DNA of 64,000 nt from the IMG/VR virus record IMGVR_UViG_3300018481_000001, positions 1 through 64,000 of that record. One strand, given 5' to 3'. Position numbers and translations under genes: made by a program. Shown piece after piece: positions 1 through 9,324 of the stretch. How positions within the stretch are numbered: position 1 is the first letter of the stretch; each line of letters opens with the position of its first letter. The stretch comes from a virus. The notes under the pieces are model-generated. The model was given only the letters and a program-made list of their open reading frames with translations. It ran no database searches and was not told where the DNA came from.

Positions 1-696
1 GACGTCAACAATCAACCGTTGGCGTTCAATCCTGGCTCTCCGCTCGTCACCGTCGGCGATGACGTTTTGCAAGACGAGGTCATTCAGCTCTACTTGGCCC
101 AGGGCACCCTGGTCGAAGTCAACGAGGACGGCACCATCATTCCACCCCCTGCTGCACCCGCGATTCAGTCGGACGCCGAAAGAGGCGTTGGCGTGACGCG
201 GCAGGAGCGTGGGGCGGGTGCCAACCCTGAGGACGGCACGGCACCCGCTCCCATCGTCATTCCAGGAGACGGTCAAGTCATTGCGACTCTGCCGCGTAAC
301 CGGCAGGAGCGTGGGGCTGGTGCCAATCCTGAGGACGGCACGGCGGTGGTTCCTGGCAAGGCGCGGAAGGACGTACCGCAGGCTGAGGAAGACCCCACCT
401 CCGGCATCGACCCAAACAACGCGTCTTCGGGCGCAGCGGGTGCCGAGAGCGCGGCGCGCAATGCTCTGCGTGAAAGGGCAGGGCAGAACGTCAATGCAGA
501 TGCTGCCCCCGGACAAGGTGTCAACCCCGACGGGGGCGACGCCGGACAGGTTGCATCTGACGACGGCACGACCGACAATAACGCTGTTGCATCCAACTCT
601 GACGAGAGCACAATAGCAAGTGAGGATGCGTCCCAAACCACGGAGCCACAGGCAGGCGAGTCCAAGAGCTTCTTGGGCCGTAAGCATCGCCGCTAA
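1..696 (+). CDS. 5'-truncated acidic, low-complexity phage protein with an internal 15-aa repeat
   Basis: Frame 1 is open from base 1 to TAA at 694-696; Ala/Gly/Asp-rich; RQERGAGANPEDGTA occurs twice; followed by a terminator. Confidence 0.7.
   Translation, partial: DVNNQPLAFNPGSPLVTVGDDVLQDEVIQLYLAQGTLVEVNEDGTIIPPPAAPAIQSDAERGVGVTRQERGAGANPEDGTAPAPIVIPGDGQVIATLPRNRQERGAGANPEDGTAVVPGKARKDVPQAEEDPTSGIDPNNASSGAAGAESAARNALRERAGQNVNADAAPGQGVNPDGGDAGQVASDDGTTDNNAVASNSDESTIASEDASQTTEPQAGESKSFLGRKHRR
199..344 (+). repeat. 44-bp direct repeat (199-242 and 301-344), 2 mismatches
   Basis: cggcaggagcgtggggc(g/t)ggtgccaa(c/t)cctgaggacggcacggc. Confidence 0.95.
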
Positions 697-723
697 CGCC
701 CTCGAGCATTCTGTGGCACTCTA

Positions 724-761
724 GGCGCGCTCCTCCTAACCGAGGGCGCGCTTTTATTTTT
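724..761 (+). terminator. Rho-independent terminator
   Basis: gcgcgc(t)cctc-ctaacc-gagggcgcgc stem-loop followed by ttttattttt. Confidence 0.75.
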
Positions 762-772
762 AAGGAGTATTT

Positions 773-1336
773 ATGGCTAACAAACAATCCATTTATTGGC
801 TGCCGTCTCCATCTCCTAACATCGTTGCGTACGAGATTCTTGCAAGCGATACGGGGATCGACGGCGAATATAAGCGCCATGCGTTGGTGCTTAGCGACAT
901 GCCCGGACCCAACTGGGATGCCGCCAATAGCCGGTTTTTTTTCATCGACGATGAAGTTCCGTATCGGTATTACCGGCTACGCGTGTTTGACCGCTACGGC
1001 AACATCGCGGCAGATGACGCTCCCATGCCTTTTCAGGCAAACAACAACCCAGTCAAAGCCCCGAAACTACATTTTATCGCACTGAGCTCCGATTTTGATG
1101 AGCCTGGCAAGTTTCGTTACGTGACTCCTGGCGGGTCGTCTATTCGGAATGCGGATGTACGCATTTATCGGAAAATCGACTATGTTACGCGGCAGTTCGA
1201 CAAAATCGTGGGATCCACAACGACCAACGATTATGGCAGCTGGCCACCTATTTTCGTAGAGCCCGGTGAGACCTACACCATCGTGCTACATAAGCCCTAC
1301 GAATATGGGCCGACCACTGCAGAAGTCATCCTCTAA
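773..1336 (+). CDS. Putative virion structural protein (beta-sandwich, Fn3/Ig-like pattern)
   Basis: SD AAGGAG; W..S......YEI...YYRLRVFD.YGN pattern; first gene of a coupled structural operon. Confidence 0.5.
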   Translation: MANKQSIYWLPSPSPNIVAYEILASDTGIDGEYKRHALVLSDMPGPNWDAANSRFFFIDDEVPYRYYRLRVFDRYGNIAADDAPMPFQANNNPVKAPKLHFIALSSDFDEPGKFRYVTPGGSSIRNADVRIYRKIDYVTRQFDKIVGSTTTNDYGSWPPIFVEPGETYTIVLHKPYEYGPTTAEVIL

Positions 1337-1337
1337 C

Positions 1338-1838
1338 ATGCCGGTGGTACCCACCATGTCACTTGTCGCCAAAGATATTATTATCTCTCCGACACTGACG
1401 GTTGACCACGTACGGCGCTTTCTCCAAGACTACCCGAACCTCAATATCATTACGGGTGAGGTTCAGTTCACCCAGGCAGAGATTAATCAGGCGATGGAAA
1501 TGGTGACATCGAGATACAACTCGATGACGCCCCAAACCTTGCTTCTGCCTGAACAATGGCCGGCGCACATGCAGTATCCCATGCTGCAAGCGATAACGGC
1601 TTACCTCATGCGCAGCGCTTCTTTCTTGCAGCTGCGCAACCAAGTCACCTACCAAGATGGCGATATCGCGCCAATTGGTGTCGATGACAAATTTCCGCTT
1701 TACGCGCAGCTGGCTCGCGAAATGGAAGATTCTGCCATGGCGACCCTGCAGCAAATCAAAATCCAAAACAATCTAAACGGCATGTACGGCAGCTTGAGTT
1801 CTGGCTATGCCTACACGGGACGGCGCGGGGGCTACTAA
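1338..1838 (+). CDS. Putative head-tail adaptor/neck protein
   Basis: ATG at 1338 right after the upstream stop; VRRFLQDYP.LN...QF...EI..A N-terminus, length and position typical of large-phage neck proteins. Confidence 0.5.
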   Translation: MPVVPTMSLVAKDIIISPTLTVDHVRRFLQDYPNLNIITGEVQFTQAEINQAMEMVTSRYNSMTPQTLLLPEQWPAHMQYPMLQAITAYLMRSASFLQLRNQVTYQDGDIAPIGVDDKFPLYAQLAREMEDSAMATLQQIKIQNNLNGMYGSLSSGYAYTGRRGGY

Positions 1839-1839
1839 A

Positions 1840-2298
1840 ATGGATTCGTCCTATTTTCTTGAGGGCCAAAAAGACGCGCTCGAGAAGCTCGGAATGCTGC
1901 ACGACGCGCCATTTATCCGCACCAAGGTTCGTTCTGAAGGCACACACAAATTTACGCCCAAACGCGGCAGTCCTTTTGAAAAATTGGACGAAAAAGATCC
2001 GCGAAAGGCGCACCAGACCGCCAAAGAAGCCATGGCACTGGGTGGTGCACTTAAAAATCTCAGTGGCGCGCGACCACTGAATTTCCCATCAGGTGCAAAA
2101 CAAATGCTTCAAGCACCTAAAATGCAAATGGCACGTGGACCCCAAGCACGCATGCCTAAATTGCCTGGGGTTGTTGACCCGCGCACTGCCAAACCCGCCG
2201 GCATGAATTTGCAGCATGGAATTGCAGACCAGACGACGACAATGGACGTGGGGAATAGCATGTCTTCCCCACAGCGCCGGTTTGCTACGCCGCTCTAA
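1840..2298 (+). CDS. Leader-family protein (low-complexity cargo)
   Basis: Starts MDSSYFLEGQKDALEKLGM at ATG 1840, 1 nt after the upstream stop; internal KEA motif. Confidence 0.7.
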   Translation: MDSSYFLEGQKDALEKLGMLHDAPFIRTKVRSEGTHKFTPKRGSPFEKLDEKDPRKAHQTAKEAMALGGALKNLSGARPLNFPSGAKQMLQAPKMQMARGPQARMPKLPGVVDPRTAKPAGMNLQHGIADQTTTMDVGNSMSSPQRRFATPL

Positions 2299-2303
2299 TT
2301 GCC

Positions 2304-2777
2304 ATGCTAATTTTACCGAACGCGTATTCATCTATTAAAGTTGCACAACAACTAAAAATAGGTCGGATTAATGGCGGTCGTAAATTCCGGGACCTCAACG
2401 TTACGATCGAAACTGATCGCGGTGAATACCGGCATTGGTACGACAAACACAATGGCACCCGTGGCACGACTTTAATGAAATACCCTTATGGGTATATCAA
2501 GAAGACAAAGGGCATGGACGGCGAAGCAATTGATTGTTTTGTCGGGCCCAATGAATCCGCCACAAACGTCTACGTCGTTACGACGAACAAGCCGCCGGAC
2601 TTCAACCGTGTTGATGAACAGAAGTGCATGCTTGGGTTTAGTTCGCTAAACGACGCAACGAATGCCTTCAGCGCCCACTACTCCGACCCTAAATTTTTGC
2701 GTGAAATTCGCACCTTTCCATACGCGGATTTTCTCGAAAAAGTGTACAAGTCGACGAAGTTAGCTGCCGCGTTCTGA
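2304..2777 (+). CDS. Phage-type inorganic pyrophosphatase-like domain protein
   Basis: TIE...G..R; M.YPYGYI..T.G.DG...DCFVGP; DEQKCMLGF motifs of the InPase domain known from phage polyvalent proteins. Confidence 0.75.
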   Translation: MLILPNAYSSIKVAQQLKIGRINGGRKFRDLNVTIETDRGEYRHWYDKHNGTRGTTLMKYPYGYIKKTKGMDGEAIDCFVGPNESATNVYVVTTNKPPDFNRVDEQKCMLGFSSLNDATNAFSAHYSDPKFLREIRTFPYADFLEKVYKSTKLAAAF

Positions 2778-2807
2778 CGCCGCCAGACGCTATCATCTCT
2801 ACGAAGT

Positions 2808-3641
2808 ATGCACGTAGAGATCACAAAAACCGTCCCTATTTTCCGTCACCCCGGTGACCACGGCGTATTTCTGCAGTGGGTGGTACATGAGCCACCTTCT
2901 GCAGACATATCGTTTAAACTCGAGCGGTCCGGATCCCCTAATGGTCCATGGGACGAGCTCATTCTTAAACTCGATTCCTATCATTTTTTCGACAAGATGC
3001 GCCGCCCAGTGTTGCCCGCTCCAGGGGACATCGTAGACGACCTTAATTATTTATCACTAGCGCGCACAGTTTATTATAGAATTGTTGCGGTTACGTCCAC
3101 GGGCGAGACGGCCTACGACATCTCTGACGTCGGGGCTTCGTTGCCTTTGCGTGAGCAGCTTCTCAAACGCAAGATGCAGCGTGACTTAGCCATTGGATTT
3201 AAATTCAATGGTGTTGATGTGGCGGTACTTAAACGCAAACATTGGGGTCTACGCTGCACAAATTGTTACGACCGCATTACTCGCAAAACCACAAATAGCA
3301 AGTGTGCTATTTGTTTTCACACTGGATTTGTAACCGGATATTTTACGCCCGTGCGCATAAAAATGCGTTTCCTGGCGCCGAACACCAACACATCTCTAAC
3401 GCCCCAAGGAAAATCCGATACGACACAAATCCGCGCCATTTGTGGTCAAGAGCCAGCGGTTGATGTCGATGATGTGATTGTCGAGATGGGTCTCAATAAA
3501 CGCTATATTGTCACCGCACAATCTGAAACACAGCTTCGTCGAGAAACAGTCCATCAATCCATCATCCTCTCAGAGCTAGCGCGCGACTCTGTCGAATATC
3601 GCATCCCCGCCAATTGGGACCACACCCCCATCATGTATTAA
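2808..3641 (+). CDS. Putative head-closure/neck protein with Zn-finger
   Basis: RCTNC...SKCAICFHTGFVTGY motif followed by a beta-rich head-tail-joining-like region; position in the operon. Confidence 0.5.
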   Translation: MHVEITKTVPIFRHPGDHGVFLQWVVHEPPSADISFKLERSGSPNGPWDELILKLDSYHFFDKMRRPVLPAPGDIVDDLNYLSLARTVYYRIVAVTSTGETAYDISDVGASLPLREQLLKRKMQRDLAIGFKFNGVDVAVLKRKHWGLRCTNCYDRITRKTTNSKCAICFHTGFVTGYFTPVRIKMRFLAPNTNTSLTPQGKSDTTQIRAICGQEPAVDVDDVIVEMGLNKRYIVTAQSETQLRRETVHQSIILSELARDSVEYRIPANWDHTPIMY

Positions 3642-3647
3642 ATAATT

Positions 3648-4694
3648 ATGCCCAACCCACTGCGTCCAAAGGAGTTTCCACAAAACCCACTGCGTATTGC
3701 TGCGGGGTCTCCGTTGGCGATTCAAGGGGTATTTTTAGAAATCCTGCGCTCTCGCTTTAAAGAAAAGGCGGGCCTGAGTTGGGTTTGGCGCGAAGATTGG
3801 ACTACTACCGACATTCTTATTGAGTCGGCGTTCAACGTAAATATTGAAACCCGCGACCAAACGCCTGCTATTTACGTGCACCGTCTATCGACCGTTCCCA
3901 GCAAACAAGTACTCGGGGACCGCGCCAGTGTCAGCCTGCCCGACCACCGTGAAGCGCATAAAGCGCTCAACACAGTTGCAATGATGATTGAATGCACTTC
4001 TAACGATGAAGCAGAAAGTGCAATCCTTGCGGATCTAATTCAATTTACAATCCTAGCGTCTCGGGATGTCATTATCCGAGAATTTGGATTTTACGATTTA
4101 TCTCATCCGTCTTTAGGGCAAACTACGCCCTATCAACGCGATCAAGCCAAGTGGACGACGCCCGTTGAGTTCATGGCGCAGTTTTGGATTCAATGGGAAC
4201 AAGTTCCTATTGCACCGCTACTGCAGCAAATCAGCCAGCGCATTACACAAAGCGGCAGTACCGCAGACGATTATTTTATTGAAACAACTATTAATTCAAT
4301 GCGGCGCGGTGAGGTACGAGAGGAACCTCTCAAAATACCGGATCAGTTGTCCGGAACAATTCGTCAAGAAATATCAGTCGTCTTGCCTAAGCCGAGCGTT
4401 GAACCAATTCCTTTGGAAGACGTTTACGTAGTCGCGCAATCTGTCCTTGGCGCTTTTGATGGAATCAATAAAATTTTTCAAACACCTTTACCCTTCGTAC
4501 GGAATTCTAAAAAACACGAGGCTGTTTTTGTAAATGGCTTACGTATGGTGCCAGGCGAAGACAATGACTATACCGTCGGTAAAAGCCGCCCTGGTGTGGT
4601 TGGTTACGATATTATCAATTTCATGTACGCGCCGCGCACAGACGACGTCGTTACAGTCGATTTATACGTGTTTCTGGCTGAAGGTGTTGCCTAG
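3648..4694 (+). CDS. Putative tail terminator/completion protein with a C-terminal beta domain
   Basis: Located before the sheath; C-terminal DG.NK.F...VFVNGL......DYTV....I.F..AP...D.V motif common in phage tail proteins. Confidence 0.45.
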   Translation: MPNPLRPKEFPQNPLRIAAGSPLAIQGVFLEILRSRFKEKAGLSWVWREDWTTTDILIESAFNVNIETRDQTPAIYVHRLSTVPSKQVLGDRASVSLPDHREAHKALNTVAMMIECTSNDEAESAILADLIQFTILASRDVIIREFGFYDLSHPSLGQTTPYQRDQAKWTTPVEFMAQFWIQWEQVPIAPLLQQISQRITQSGSTADDYFIETTINSMRRGEVREEPLKIPDQLSGTIRQEISVVLPKPSVEPIPLEDVYVVAQSVLGAFDGINKIFQTPLPFVRNSKKHEAVFVNGLRMVPGEDNDYTVGKSRPGVVGYDIINFMYAPRTDDVVTVDLYVFLAEGVA

Positions 4695-4797
4695 GACCCC
4701 CTATCATTGCTCTAGGCAGTTTATGCCTCAGGGGGTTTCGACAATTGCGTAAATCAAAAGAAACGCCAGAAATAACACATTCACGAGAGCCTTCTCC

Positions 4798-5700
4798 ATG
4801 AGGGCTCTTGTATTGAGTGGGGGTGGGTCGTTAGGGCAGTATCATTTAGGTACATTACGTTATTTGTATGAAGTACTAAAATTACAACATCCGATCATAT
4901 CAGGCGTGAGTGTAGGCGCCCTCTTGGGCAGTTACCTTGCACAATTTTCTTTTGGCTGTGAAGAAAAAGCAATTACCGAATTGTTGCGTATTTTTACGCC
5001 ACTTCAAACACGTGACATTTACCGGTCGTGGTTTCCCGCAGGGTTGCTTCACGGATTTTTTAACAAGAAAAGCTTTTACGACAGTACTCCGCTCAACACG
5101 CTTATTACTAAGAAAATAAGCGCCGCGCGTCTTCAAAGCGGAGGACATATTCTTCGAGTAGGTGTCACGCTTCTTTCACCAGACGCCGGGATTAATTCGC
5201 GTGTATACACAGAAAAGGACCCCGCTATCGTTGATGCGGTCAAAGCATCTGCAGTGTACGCGCCTTTTTTTACACCCATACACCTAGAAAATGCTTGGGC
5301 CATTGATGGCGGCATACAAGCTACTACACCGATCAAAGCAGCTATTATTGCCGGCGCGACCGCTGTCGATGTGGTGACAGGGTACCCGCCTACCCTTTCC
5401 TTCAAAAATAAAACCGCCAGTGCTTTAGACGTCGCACTCTTTGTGGTCGAGCTCTTGTACCAAAAACTCACATGGAGCGACATCGAACAAACGCAACGAA
5501 TAAATGACCTCGTACTGAAGAATAAAGACGATACAAAACGCTTTGTTGCATTAAACGTTTTCTGTCCGCGCCGAGACCTTGGCGTTAATTCACTCATCTT
5601 TAATCCCGAAGAAGCACGGCGTCTACAGCTTACAGGATACGAAGATGCACGCACTGCGTACCTTGTTTCAAGAGCGACCAGCACACTATATTCGCGATAA
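4798..5700 (+). CDS. Patatin-like phospholipase
   Basis: ALVLSGGG oxyanion motif, GVSVG nucleophile elbow and DGG motif are all intact. Confidence 0.93.
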   Translation: MRALVLSGGGSLGQYHLGTLRYLYEVLKLQHPIISGVSVGALLGSYLAQFSFGCEEKAITELLRIFTPLQTRDIYRSWFPAGLLHGFFNKKSFYDSTPLNTLITKKISAARLQSGGHILRVGVTLLSPDAGINSRVYTEKDPAIVDAVKASAVYAPFFTPIHLENAWAIDGGIQATTPIKAAIIAGATAVDVVTGYPPTLSFKNKTASALDVALFVVELLYQKLTWSDIEQTQRINDLVLKNKDDTKRFVALNVFCPRRDLGVNSLIFNPEEARRLQLTGYEDARTAYLVSRATSTLYSR

Positions 5701-5734
5701 TTATTAGGCCCAGGCCGCTGGAGAGAGAAGCCCC

Positions 5735-8455
5735 ATGGTACGTCCTCTTGTGCTACTTTTTCAGGAGTTCGCCACGCAGACGGCAGTGGCAACGACGCCG
5801 GACCTAAATACCATCCTGCTCGGCGCGGCCTACCAAATCTACGACTACCCCGATGACAAGCTGACCATCGAGGTATCGCCATACGGCCAGTTTCAAGCCA
5901 ACGCGGCATATACCCTGCCCGTGGCAAATACACCCGCCATCACTCTCGCAGGGCTGCCGAATGCTGCGCCGGGGAGTTGGGTCGACCCCGCGTCCGTGCG
6001 CATCTATTTCGATGATGCACGCGCAGTATTGGTGCAAGGCACCGATGGCGGAACACCCAACCAAATACCTTACGAAAATTATTTTTCGTCTGTCACAGGC
6101 ACTTTTGTCACCAACAAAGTGCAGGCCGGCGACAGCCTCATAGTGACCACCGACGGGTCTGATCTCACTTTGACCATTTTGGGTGTTGAGAGCGAAACGC
6201 TTCTTCGCGTCGCTTCGAACTTCGAAGCACTTGCGACTAATTTGGCGTATCGCATTGAACGTAAAATTGCGAGCTTTGAAATTAACAAATCTTTTGTCGC
6301 ACTCCCTGCGTTTCGCGAGAGCAACGAAATCAAAATCCTCGGCGGGGTCACCGCGACGGTAGGCAACAAGACTGCCAAGATTTCCTACGCGCGTGTGTAC
6401 GTCGGATATCGTGCATTGCGTACGGATTTGCAACGTGTCGACAGCGTCTCAAGTACTGAGGAAATTAAAACCAAAGTAGGCCGCATTGATGCGCGCAATC
6501 CTTTGGCTGCCGCGCTTTTTGTTTCGCGACAGAATGCCGGACAAGCACCTATTTATTTCTATGGCGTCCGCTCCGACGACCTCGAAGGGTATAGCCTTGC
6601 TCGCGACGTTGTTTCTGTTAACGGAACCGTTTATGCCGTAGTTCCGTTGACGAACGACCTGCCGACAATTGCGTCTTTCAAAATCGAAAATGACCAATTG
6701 GCAGATCCAAATATCGCCATTAACACTGGCGTCCCGCAGAAATTTCGTGTGGTCATCGGCAGCGGCACGTTGCCACTCACCTCCACACTCGTTCCGGAAA
6801 ACAACGATGGAGTGGTCGAACAACAGGAGGATGCAATTCCTCCAGGTTTGCGCACCATCACCATTTCCGACCTACAGGCACAGTCTCGTAAACTACTGCC
6901 GGGTGACAAAATTACCATTGTTGCCAGCAATGTGAATCCGTCGGTCGACGGCACCTACACCATTGCGCATATTAATAGCGATACGCAGGTTGAAGTCGAA
7001 GAGACTTTCCCTGCCGCTGTAAATACTGCCGCTGCTATGAATTACAGTATTTTCAGACCAACGACGCATACGACGCTAGTCCCTGCTTCCGATATGCGCA
7101 TTGGTCTCGAGCTCAGCGGTGTCGTATTCAAAAACCGCTTGGCCGGGGTACAAAGTCCTGCACGTCAAATTCTTTTCGTTCAAGACGACACCACGCCAAA
7201 TGGTGTCCAGTCCGTGATCGAAATCGCAGGCGTATCGACCACTTTTAATGCTGACTTCGAGTCAGGCGCTGTGAGTGGTAAAAAGCTAGCTAACGCTCTT
7301 CAGGGTCTCGGCGTCACCGTTCCATTTTTCGGCTCAGCTAATTTCAGCGTTGAAATTAATGAGGACACCGCAATTACGGAAGTACCTTCGACGCTTGAGT
7401 TTGACACGCCGCTCACCGGCTACACCACCAAGAGCCTGACCAGCATTGAAGCACTCGATGGCGTATACAACCGCTTTTACGACGCGGACGCGAGTTTCTT
7501 TTCGTCCGGTGTCTTGCCTGGTGACACACTTGAAATTGCCAAATCCGTCAATGGCAATTTTACCTCCACCGTACGTCGATTTACTGTCGATCAAGTGCTG
7601 AGCGAACAGCGCATTCGCATCGTGAGTCAGGCCAACGGAATCTATAAAAACAATACGGCCAATGCCGAATTCGAGCTGCCCCACGGCGATACACGCGAAG
7701 GTCTCGGGACCATTCTGGACCCCAACGCAGTTCGTTATCGAGTGATTCGTACGCTCACCAAAGACCAGCAAGTGGCAGAACTCGTCTCTGTTTCACAGAG
7801 CTTTAATTCGCGACGTGCCCTTCTCACCTGGCCCGATAAAGTCCACGTGGCAGGCCTGGTTGACGGCAGCAAGGCACGTAATGCCGACGGCACCATGCAA
7901 GCCGCAGACCCTCAGCCCGGCTGGTATCTGTCGGCGCTGCTCGGCGGCATGACGGCCGGTTTGCCGAGTCAACAAGGCTTCAGCCGCCTCGGCGTAGCAG
8001 GCATCACGCTCCTCGAGCACTCGAGCGATTATTTTTCCGAAAAACAGCTCACGGATTTGTCCGATGGTGGCTGGTATGTATTTGCGCAGAGCTCTCCCAC
8101 GAGCTTGCCGTACAGCATTCACCAGCTCACGACAGACCCCTCAACACTCGAGTCTGGCGAATTTTCAGTCGTCAAAAATTACGACTACGTGGGTCTCTAT
8201 TTCTTGAGCATCCTCGAGCCGTTTTTGGGCACCTGGAACGTCAATCCCGATACCGTGGGGTTTGTCCGTCAGGCCATGAACACCGGCATTGAACAGCTCA
8301 AACTTCGTCGCATCGCAAAAATCGGTGCACCACTCACGGACGCAACGCTGACGTCTGTTGAAGTTTCTAACGCTTCCACAGACCGCATTGAAATCTATGC
8401 CACGGTGGGTTTGCCCAAACCCTTGAATGTCCTCGGACTCCATCTCGTGGCATAG
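5735..8455 (+). CDS. Contractile tail sheath protein (906 aa)
   Basis: Sheath-like C-terminus (HQLTTD...EFSVVKNYDYV...DRIEIYATVGLPKPLN.LGLHLV); position before the tube gene. Confidence 0.8.
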   Translation: MVRPLVLLFQEFATQTAVATTPDLNTILLGAAYQIYDYPDDKLTIEVSPYGQFQANAAYTLPVANTPAITLAGLPNAAPGSWVDPASVRIYFDDARAVLVQGTDGGTPNQIPYENYFSSVTGTFVTNKVQAGDSLIVTTDGSDLTLTILGVESETLLRVASNFEALATNLAYRIERKIASFEINKSFVALPAFRESNEIKILGGVTATVGNKTAKISYARVYVGYRALRTDLQRVDSVSSTEEIKTKVGRIDARNPLAAALFVSRQNAGQAPIYFYGVRSDDLEGYSLARDVVSVNGTVYAVVPLTNDLPTIASFKIENDQLADPNIAINTGVPQKFRVVIGSGTLPLTSTLVPENNDGVVEQQEDAIPPGLRTITISDLQAQSRKLLPGDKITIVASNVNPSVDGTYTIAHINSDTQVEVEETFPAAVNTAAAMNYSIFRPTTHTTLVPASDMRIGLELSGVVFKNRLAGVQSPARQILFVQDDTTPNGVQSVIEIAGVSTTFNADFESGAVSGKKLANALQGLGVTVPFFGSANFSVEINEDTAITEVPSTLEFDTPLTGYTTKSLTSIEALDGVYNRFYDADASFFSSGVLPGDTLEIAKSVNGNFTSTVRRFTVDQVLSEQRIRIVSQANGIYKNNTANAEFELPHGDTREGLGTILDPNAVRYRVIRTLTKDQQVAELVSVSQSFNSRRALLTWPDKVHVAGLVDGSKARNADGTMQAADPQPGWYLSALLGGMTAGLPSQQGFSRLGVAGITLLEHSSDYFSEKQLTDLSDGGWYVFAQSSPTSLPYSIHQLTTDPSTLESGEFSVVKNYDYVGLYFLSILEPFLGTWNVNPDTVGFVRQAMNTGIEQLKLRRIAKIGAPLTDATLTSVEVSNASTDRIEIYATVGLPKPLNVLGLHLVA

Positions 8456-8463
8456 TGCGCTCC

Positions 8464-9300
8464 ATGCGCGAGTCACTCGACTTTACCCAAATGCCCAAGG
8501 TGGCATTTATTAACTTTGGCACAGCCAAACGTCTCTTGGCGCCAATTAAGCGCTTTGCAGGTAACAGTTCCGTAGGCCGTCTCCTAGGCAGCAGTAACAA
8601 CAACCCCGTAATTCGGGGTCTTATGCCTTACGGAGATAAAGCTGAAAAGCTGCTTGTACAGGGGGCCGGGCATTTCCTATCCCCAGAACGCACGCAAAGT
8701 CTTGCACAAGCTGTCAAAGGAATATCTCGCCCTATGGTGCGTGATGCTTGGTCTAACGCTGTCATTGGCGGCGGTTTGAGCGGCGGACTCAATGCGGCTT
8801 TCGCGGAAAAGGGTGAACGCGGTAAGGCATTTTTACAAGGTGCCGCCTCAGGTGCAGGGCTTGGAGCCGTGAGCGGCGCGGTGCAAGGTGCTAGCACCGG
8901 TATTTTTAAAAATTTGCGCGCAAAAAATATTATGAATATGGCAAATACGCATGGCGTTATGCCAGGAACCTTAGGCAAAGACATATATAAACAAAACATG
9001 TTCTGGGGCAAAGGCAATGCTCTGCGAGGCGCTTTTGGTAAAGAAGATTCGCTCCATCGCCAAGCATCGCGCGCGAAATTGGTGGGCGGAATGGCCACCG
9101 GTGTCGGAGCTGGATTTATTCTGCCCACCGCCGCTGAAATGGCGGTATCGCGACCTGTCCCGCCGCCGCCACCACCGCCACCGCCTCCTGCGCCCGTACA
9201 GCCCCCTCTCTTGGCCAACACGCCTGCGGTCTATTACGCGAAACAAGGTTCCGCTGTTTTGACAAGACCCGATTTTATTCAACTCCTCGGGCGCGCATAA
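8464..9300 (+). CDS. Glycine-zipper protein with a poly-Pro tract
   Basis: GxxxG arrays, PPPPPPPPP, N-terminal KVA and C-terminal YAKQGS. Confidence 0.7.
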   Translation: MRESLDFTQMPKVAFINFGTAKRLLAPIKRFAGNSSVGRLLGSSNNNPVIRGLMPYGDKAEKLLVQGAGHFLSPERTQSLAQAVKGISRPMVRDAWSNAVIGGGLSGGLNAAFAEKGERGKAFLQGAASGAGLGAVSGAVQGASTGIFKNLRAKNIMNMANTHGVMPGTLGKDIYKQNMFWGKGNALRGAFGKEDSLHRQASRAKLVGGMATGVGAGFILPTAAEMAVSRPVPPPPPPPPPPAPVQPPLLANTPAVYYAKQGSAVLTRPDFIQLLGRA

Positions 9301-9324
9301 TCTCACCAACTAGGAGTCACCCCA

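Noticed and set aside
5133-5933. 266-aa minus-strand ORF
   Set aside because: It is antisense to the patatin and sheath genes.
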